Positions 56,162 to 64,000 of a stretch of 64,000 nt of DNA are shown here, piece after piece. The stretch spans positions 125,736,001-125,800,000 of the forward strand of contig OZ024745.1 in NCBI GenBank assembly GCA_964016885.1, written 5' to 3'. Made by a program: the position numbers and the translations under genes. Numbering within the stretch: the stretch's first letter is position 1; every line of letters starts with the position of its first letter. Under the pieces are notes generated by a model that was given only the letters and a program-made list of their open reading frames with translations, was not told the DNA's origin and made no database searches. Origin of the DNA: Eledone cirrhosa. Its lineage: Eukaryota.

Positions 56162-56878
56162 ACCGACTTAAATTGAACGGATACCCGACGTCCACCGCGA
56201 ACCGCGCCAGAAACAACAGAGGACACCACACCCGAGGTACTAACACCTGCTTCCTGAAGCTCCCACACTTCAGTAACGAAACAATAGCAGCCATTCGCAG
56301 AGCTATCAGACGAGAGGGACTAGATATCCAACTAGCCCACTCAGGACCTTCTCTACGCGGACAGCTAGCCAAAAGACCCTCCACCAGACATGACAGCCGC
56401 TTCAGGCTAGCCAACTGCCCCATCAACGACACACACCTATGCCACCAGGCTTATGTCGTATACATATTAGAGTGCGACAAATGCAGCAATTTCTACATAG
56501 TTAGCACAACCAGACCACTTCACATAAGAATAAAAGAACACCTCAATACTAACGCTTGCTCATTTAAGAAACACTTAGTAAAAGCAAAAACACCGACAAA
56601 ACCATAATAGTTAGGATAGAAGCTAAGGAAAGAAACCTCGGCAATCTTAGAATTAAAGAAACACTGATTATAGACAAAACGCCCCCATCGATCAATAACA
56701 GACTAGAACTCAACACCCAATTTTTAACATGATAGAGCACCTAGCCCCACACTTACACCTCCACATACCCACTCTCACATACACACGCACACGCACTAAT
56801 TGTCAGCAATATATCTTTTGCATTTGTATTTATATTCTATATCCATACCTGCATTGTTTTGGCCTTCTAACTCCAAAC

Positions 56879-56882
<4 letters not shown>
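56160..56882 (+). mobile_element. Penelope/Poseidon-type PLE 3' fragment (thumb end, linker, GIY-YIG endonuclease)
   Basis: LNGYP...LKLPH...VVYILECDKCSNFYIVSTTRPLHIRIKEH, then after a frameshift LRIKETLII...PSINNR; flanked by (AT)n. Confidence 0.85.
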
Positions 56883-56930
<48 letters not shown>

Positions 56931-57000
56931 TTGTATATATATAATATATATATATATTATTCAAAATATTAATAAATAAATACATTCACATAATCAAAAT

Positions 57001-57072
57001 ATATGTTTTATTATATATATTTCGGAGGTACTGTGCTTTTCTTTCAGTACGCCCTCATCAGATAAAATATAT
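57001..57072 (-). ncRNA. Minimal type I hammerhead ribozyme (left arm of palindrome 56954-57299)
   Basis: Minus strand: ttttat-CTGATGA-ggg-c-gtac...gtac-c-tcc-GAAA-tatata-TA-ataaaa. Confidence 0.75.
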
Positions 57073-57180
57073 GAATTGATGCATGACATACCTCAACTGT
57101 CTTGATGGTTCAATTCCAATCTTACTACCAAGACTGGAATTGAACCATCAAGACAGTTGAGGCATGTCATGCATCAATTC

Positions 57181-57252
57181 ATATATTTTATCTGATGAGG
57201 ACGTACAGAAAAAACAGCACAGTACCTCCGAAATATATATAATAAAACATAT
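57181..57252 (+). ncRNA. Minimal type I hammerhead ribozyme (right arm of palindrome 56954-57299)
   Basis: ttttat-CTGATGA(57192-57198)-gga-c-gtac...gtac-c-tcc-GAAA(57230)-tatata-TA-ataaaa. Confidence 0.78.
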
Positions 57253-57428
57253 ATTTTGATTATGTGAATGTATTTATTTATTAATATTTTGAATAATATT
57301 ACTAACTCAAGAAAACTTTATTGTAGAGTGCTTTTAATCTATTGTAAAACTATATTCATTGAGTAATCAATGAATCATATTAATCTTTGGTAATATATAT
57401 ATATATTTATACACACACACACACACAT

Positions 57429-57509
<81 letters not shown>

Positions 57510-58131
57510 TAACGATAATCACTGTTATTTGATCCAAACAATCGATCAAACATGGTGTAATCAGCCGGAAGCTCTCCATGATTTGGGCGTCAGAAGGTAT
57601 TACATATATGGTATCAGTCAGAGTATCAATAATAATAAAAAGGAATTGAGGCGTTATTACATATTTAACATTAGTTTTACATATTTAACGTGAGTATTAC
57701 AGGTTTAATATGAGCTGTAGAAGCTGGATTCTTATAGAATACCAATTATGTTTATGAGCTGTTTAAACCCATTAACATAGAGAGCGGTTGTCGATCCAGC
57801 AACAATTAGAAATTTGTATTGGAGCTCTGAAATAGTGATGTATATACGAATGTAAATACGTATATGCATACATATATGCATGTTTATATATACTCTATTA
57901 CCTGATCCAGCCATCCGGCTGAAGCCATGCTGGAGCGCCGCCCTTGATATGTTCACATATTATATAAATGCGAAGGACTGAATTCCATAATTTCTCTTAT
58001 TACGTAATCCGTTGTAATTCATATTTTTGTAGCGTTATTAATTACCCAATGCTGCCATCACAAAGCATTAACACGACCTCTTCAGCCAACATCTTAGGTA
58101 ATATCTTTTTTTATAGAATATATTTCTAATG

Positions 58132-58225
58132 TAATTGTTTCTATTTTAGGCACAAGGCCAGCAATTACCCAGTACATTACTGGTACTGTACTGGGTAATT
58201 GCTGGCCTTGTGTATATATATGTGT
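58132..58225 (-). mobile_element. Severely 5'-truncated SINE with inverted duplication, inside a 15-bp TSD
   Basis: TSD aatatatttctaatg at 58117-58131 and 58226-58240; hairpin 58151-58212. Confidence 0.85.
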
Positions 58226-58395
58226 AATATATTTCTAATGCAATGCAGACTAATGATAACCAGACTTACTCGGTCTCTATAAATGAACGTGTATTCTGTC
58301 GTCGACCACATTGGAATGGGAAGGATACTTATAACGTTGAGTGCTTAATTCTAATTACATCAATATTCATTCATTAGAGAGTTGCAAAACATTTT

Positions 58396-58562
<167 letters not shown>

Positions 58563-58679
58563 AAGATGGATAGATATGTGTGAGATGTTTTTAGGTGTCT
58601 CCGTATGTAGGGGGTGCGTTTGTGGGTGTGTATATTTATATATATTTTGGAGAGGGATGCGTTTAGGGGATGCATGTGT

Positions 58680-58738
<59 letters not shown>

Positions 58739-58949
58739 TGTGTGTGTGTGTGTGTGCATGAACGTAAATCAGCTTGATACAAATATATAAGAATCAGAAC
58801 AACTGCGCGTGACTTCCTCACTAAAAGTGCATTACAAATGAAAGATAGTCAAAAGCTGATTTACATGTATTTCTATAGATATAGCTAGTTTAGCGATTCT
58901 TTTTACATTTTTATTTAATTTTATTTGTATCTGTATTTTCCAACGGTGC

Positions 58950-59760
58950 TATTATTATTACTATTATTATTATTATTGTTGTTGTTGTTACTGTTAATGT
59001 TGTTGTTGTTGTTGTTGTCGTTGTCGTTGTTGTTGTTGTTGTAGTTGTTGTTGATGTCGTTGTTGTTGTTGTTGTTGTTACTGCTGTTATAATTGTTGTC
59101 AGTATATGCTCTTGAGAGCAACAATGGTGAAAGAAAGACGATGAGGAAATGATGGCATTATTGGTGGTGGTGGTGGTTGTGGTGGTGGTGGCGGCGGTGG
59201 TGTTGCTGGTGGCGGCGGTGGTGATGCTGGTGGTGGTAGTGGGGTGTTGCTGCTGGTGGTAGAGGTGGCGGCGGCGATGTTGCTGGTGGTGGTGGTGGGG
59301 GTGGTGGTGGTAGTGAGGTGTTGCTGCTGGTGGTGGAGGAGGTGATGGTGTAGGGGGTGTGCTGGTGGAGGTGGCGGCGGCGACGTTGCTGGTGGTGGTG
59401 GTGGTGGTGTTGCTGGTGGTGGTGGTGGTGGTGGTAGTGAGGTGTTGCTGGTGGTGGTGGTGGTGGTGGAGGAGGTGATGGTGGCGGGGATGATGTTGCT
59501 GGTGGTGGAGGAGGTGATGGTGGAGGGGGTGTGCTGGTGGAGGTGGCGGCGGCGACGTTGCTGGTGATGGTGGTGGTGGTGTTGCTGCTGGTGGTGGTGG
59601 TGGTAGTGAGGTGTTGCTGCTGGTGGTGGAGGAGGTGATGGTGGCGGGGATGATGTTGCTGGTGGTGGAGGGGGTGATGGTGGAGGGGGGTGGGGCGGGG
59701 GTGCTGGTGATGGTGGCGGGGATAATGTTGCTGGTGGTGGAGGTGGTGAGAGTGGTGTTA
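58950..59760. repeat. Compound (TTA)/(TTG)/(GGT)-based low-complexity array
   Basis: Trinucleotide-derived degenerate units such as gtgttgctggtggtggaggaggtgatg repeated. Confidence 0.9.
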
Positions 59761-59967
59761 CAAGCTATGCTTTCAATGATGATAGCGGTGCTAGTTGAAA
59801 CACGCTGTCGCATAATTGCAGATGAGATCAATTCTTACAAATGATAAAATACATCATTGCTGAATAAAGTTATTTAAATGAGTAAGCAGTCACAAGAACA
59901 ATGGTTGACTGGTGATTTATAGTCCTACACACCCTACACATATATACATGCACACACACACACACGC

Positions 59968-60016
<49 letters not shown>

Positions 60017-60036
60017 TACACACATATATATATACG

Positions 60037-60107
<71 letters not shown>

Positions 60108-60146
60108 GATATTAATAAATGGAAACTATACTTATAAAACCATATT

Positions 60147-60211
60147 TATTTCATTTTACATATTTCAGGGATACCACATTAAATTGTGGTATGCCTTCAT
60201 CAGACAAAATA
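60147..60211 (-). ncRNA. Hammerhead motif (family A relative), cleavage-site U mutated
   Basis: tattttgt-CTGATGA-agg-c-ataccaca...tgtggtat-c-cct-GAAA-tatgta-AA-atgaaata. Confidence 0.6.
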
Positions 60212-60389
60212 CAATATATAACAGTTTTACAAATAGCTTTGACGTACCCTTTTAAAATACAACCATTACTTTTGGAGGCTGTCTGGATAGTGATTTGTTT
60301 ACATTATTTTAATAAGTCATAGTGTTAAGCACAATTAGAAAAAGACGGAGAGAAAGAAAAAGAAAAAAAAGACGGAGAGAGAGAAAAGA

Positions 60390-60426
<37 letters not shown>

Positions 60427-60476
60427 TATAGTGACGAAACAGAAGTCAATTGCATGAACTCATAATCCTTTATTTA

Positions 60477-60530
60477 CTGCTATATATATTTCGATGATAG
60501 CCATTGAATGGCTATGACCTCATCAGGCAA
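60477..60530 (-). ncRNA. Minimal type I hammerhead ribozyme (family C)
   Basis: ttgc-CTGATGA-ggtcatagccatt-c-aatggctatcatc-GAAA-tatata-TA-gcag. Confidence 0.75.
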
Positions 60531-60641
60531 TTAGTCAGTTCTTAGATATGCCAGCTCTGTGTTTATGGTGTTGATGGTATCAGAGCCTTGGGACATATAT
60601 ATTCATATATATATATATATGTGTGTGTGTATATATATATA

Positions 60642-60684
<43 letters not shown>

Positions 60685-61037
60685 ATAATAATAAATTTGA
60701 AGACTATAATCCAAAGAGGGCTAGATAAGGATAAATATATATCAAATATATAAGAACCGTAGAGCAAATATTTATTAAAATAACAGATAAAGTTTAAGCA
60801 AAGAATCGCTGCTTTCACCCTTAACGGGATCTTCTGAAACTAACAAAGTCAATCTGTTATTTTAAGAAATAAATATATATATATTTATATATATAAAGAA
60901 AAAAGATGAAATCGAAAATGCAACTGGAGTCTTATTTAAAAAAAATATATATATATTTATTTGGTTCCTTTACCGGTTTCGCAGTTTTTCTGCTTTTCAA
61001 AAGTAGAGTTAAGATGGAGGGCTTGTGCTTTTCTCAC

Positions 61038-61083
<46 letters not shown>

Positions 61084-61391
61084 GCATACATACGTGCATA
61101 CATACATAGATACATACATACATATATACATACATGCACAAAAAAACCTATATTATATGGAAATAACTTCCAATCGACAAATAATTTCGCACACACACAC
61201 ACACACACATGCATACACACATATATATATATGTAAGCAGAAGGGATATTCAATTTCTTGGTAATTCAACATATATAAATGTTTATAACTGATTCAGAGC
61301 ACTCGACAAATTTTCTGGAGTATAATATAACAATGATATTAAATATTCAATAATATTAAATAAATGGAAACTATATTTATAAAACCATATT

Positions 61392-61452
61392 TATTCTATT
61401 ATATATATTTCAAGGGTACCAACATTTTGGTACACTATCATCAGATAAAATA
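61392..61452 (-). ncRNA. Hammerhead motif (family A relative)
   Basis: tattttat-CTGATGA-tag-t-gtaccaa...ttggtac-c-ctt-GAAA-tatata-TA-atagaata; first stem II pair mismatched. Confidence 0.6.
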
Positions 61453-61640
61453 GGAAGTGTGTTTTATAATTTTTGACATAACCAAGGAAAACATACCTTA
61501 ACAGTACAAGTTTTCCTATGTGTGTGTTTGTGTGTATGTTTGTGAGTGTGTATGTAAAAGGTAAACAGAAATAACAACACAATCGATAGAGTATATGGGA
61601 GGAATATATTAGGTTAACGCTTGAAATAGCAGGAAGAGGG

Positions 61641-61676
61641 TCTTAATGTTTCGGATGCTAGTCCTTCATCAGAAGA
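61641..61676 (-). ncRNA. Hammerhead variant (family B) in module 61553-61775
   Basis: tctt-CTGATGA-aggactagcatcc-GAAACATT-aaga; module is the reverse complement of 47855-48075. Confidence 0.65.
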
Positions 61677-61774
61677 AAGAATGAGAAATAAGATAGATTG
61701 AGGGGACGGGCGGGGTGGAATTGGAAAAAATATCTTTAGATAAAAATAACAGTTCCATTCATGTTGACATCTCT

Positions 61775-61820
<46 letters not shown>

Positions 61821-61869
61821 ATATATATATTAACAATATTAATGAATGTAAAATATCTTTATAATACGA

Positions 61870-61909
<40 letters not shown>

Positions 61910-62384
61910 GTAATAATAATAAATGTGAAGATTCTTTGTTTAAACTGTATCTGTTATTTAAATATATATATATATACATGAGCGTAGAAAAATCACGTAA
62001 CTATACATATATATGTTAACATATTTTAAGAATGTGAATCTAATTATATTTGTTACATAAAAAATGTATTGTATTTTAGTATATTATAAGCTACTAATGT
62101 ATATGGTTAATTATAAGAATTTAATAATTATGTGAATAAATATATAACGTATTTGTCAATGTTATCTATGTAAACAACTATGGGGAAATAACTCTAAATT
62201 ATATAAGGTTTCAAGCATTGTATTCAAGGTAAGTTTTCGGTAAACATTTAATATGATATGCTTCGATCCATTAGGTCCTATAATTATTATTATTTATATT
62301 GTAAATGAACAAACAACTTAGATAAGATTTCAGAGCACCATATAAATGGTTAAATGGTTAAAGAACATTTATAACGATTATGAA

Positions 62385-62833
62385 CAGTTTTGGGAAATCT
62401 ATACAAACATGAATTAAATATCTCTTTTTTTTTAATAATATTAGCAGGATTGGGAATTATATGAAAGATTTCTTCTGTTCAAAGATGACAAATTTTGGAA
62501 ATTGAAGAATTTTGGTATGCGGGAGTCTTTCTGATTTTATTCCAAGAGATTGAATAATCAGTGTTATTGTCTTTTAAAGACCAAATTAGTTGTGGCAGTG
62601 AAGTTGAGAATTTCTTATCAGAGCGTTTAAAAGTATGTTTGTGATTATATAAGAGAAATAGAAGAAGAAGAAGAAGAAGAAGAAGAAGAAGAAGAAGAAG
62701 AAGAAGAAGAAGAAGAAGAAGAAGAAGAAGAAGAAGAAGAAGAAGAAGAAGAAGAAGAAAAAATTCGCAATGCTGGAATTTCAATGTATAGTTGATACTT
62801 GACTGTTTTCATGTAACCTGCCTTTAATGTCAC
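62385..62833 (-). pseudogene. PLE GIY-YIG C-terminal fragment split by a (TTC)n expansion
   Basis: LYNHKHTFKRSDKKFSTSLPQLIWSLKDNNTDYSISW...ICHL, homologous to 16288-16617; the YI(E/G)I part lies beyond the (GAA)n run at 62660-62760. Confidence 0.7.
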
Positions 62834-63607
62834 CCCACTCCAGTCTAATATAGCCTACTGTGTTCCAATATCTGATCCCGAAGGAATATATGCCATTGCA
62901 TAAGTGAGGTCAGACAGGAGAATTATATACAATATGTTTCATGGTTCTTTTCCTGCCCACGTATACACAATAACGCCATTGTCCACTCAGCACATATATA
63001 CTTACACACATTCATAGATACCCAAGAAATAATTGTAAGTTATAATAATATGGTTATGGTTTTAATTAGAATGGCGATATAGTAGAAGAATCGATAGAAA
63101 GCCGGACAAAATATGTTGTGGTATTTGGTTACGTCCGTTATGTTCTGAGTTTAAAACACACCCTGCTTAACTTTGCATTTCGTCTATTCGAGACTGACAA
63201 ATTTGATACTAGTTAAATATATGTATAAACCCATAACTCCGGGTGGATTCATATGAATTTTAAACCAAGTTGAATCCGTCACTCTCAAGGTCAGAACATA
63301 GCTGATTTAGTCAAGAGAAAGTGGGGGTGAGAGAGAGGAAATGCAAAAGTTGCATAAAGGAAGAAATGACCTACTACTTGTCTGGCACTTTCTTTTTATC
63401 GACATCGAATGATAAAAGGCATTGTTGATTAGTCGGAATTTGAAATCTGAGCTCAGAAAGCGGGTATGAATACCTCAATATATTCTATCTGACGTTCTAA
63501 CGATTCTAACGATTCACCTATTATTAGAGTTAAATGTATTGACACCAACACTATTTAAAAGTTAAAAATCTTTAAATCAATATAATCATTATTGTAGTTG
63601 TTCGATT

Positions 63608-63795
63608 GGCTGTGGATTGGCAGTGTCGGTAGAGCGTCAGACACCATGCTTTGCAGCACAGAGTTATGGCCCTTTATGTTCTGAGTTCAAATCTCGCTGA
63701 CGTTACCTTTGTCTTTCATCCTTACGGGGTCGATAAAATAAAGCACCAATAACGCACTGGAGTAATTGCTGGCCTTGTGCCAAAAGTAGAAACAT
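63608..63795 (+). mobile_element. tRNA-derived SINE
   Basis: Family consensus with A/B boxes; older diverged copies at ~63075-63215 (+) and ~63380-63520 (-). Confidence 0.88.
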
Positions 63796-64000
63796 TCATT
63801 GTAGATGTTCGAAAGGATAAAATGTATTTTAAAAACTTAATCAGGAAAGACAAAGAAGTTCTCATGACTTTTCGAGGGAAACCTTGAACCCACTGAACAA
63901 CTACAATTCATTGCCTCCAGGAAAAATATAGATTGGAAGAATAAGTATATGCGGTATGGTCCAAATACCTGGAAATTAACATACCCCTCTAAAGTCAACA

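Noticed and set aside
58911-59831. 306-aa Thr/Pro/His-rich ORF resembling a mucin
   Set aside because: Trinucleotide-repeat array; composition switches between frames and there is no splice or domain support.

Overview
AT-rich eukaryotic (animal) genomic DNA, almost certainly intergenic or intronic, densely packed with (AT)n/(AC)n/(AG)n/(TAA)n/(ATGT)n microsatellites and transposon debris. The dominant tRNA-derived SINE and the overall texture resemble an octopod cephalopod genome (inference). No intact host gene is supported; at most one candidate terminal exon. Most ORFs in the track are microsatellite artefacts. Recognisable elements: a near-full-length decayed Dong/R4-type LINE inside a (TAA)n tract plus two R4-type 3' fragments; a complete but frameshifted hAT (Buster/Charlie-like) transposon with TIRs and a perfect 8-bp TSD; Tx1-like and RTE-like LINE 3' ends; a cluster of bipartite RTE-derived non-autonomous elements with a candidate HDV-like ribozyme; non-autonomous Helitrons; about 20 SINE copies; and several Penelope-like element (PLE) fragments. 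Three signals stand out. (1) A dozen or more minimal type I hammerhead ribozyme motifs (CUGAUGA...GAAA) in several families, in short ORF-less modules embedded in microsatellites; two of these modules are ~340-bp palindromes carrying a hammerhead on each strand. (2) About ten fold-back inverted duplications, one demonstrably inside a TSD-flanked SINE insertion. (3) A ~500-bp mosaic built from three nearby templates joined at microhomologies. All calls were made by eye; coordinates of degenerate element ends are approximate.
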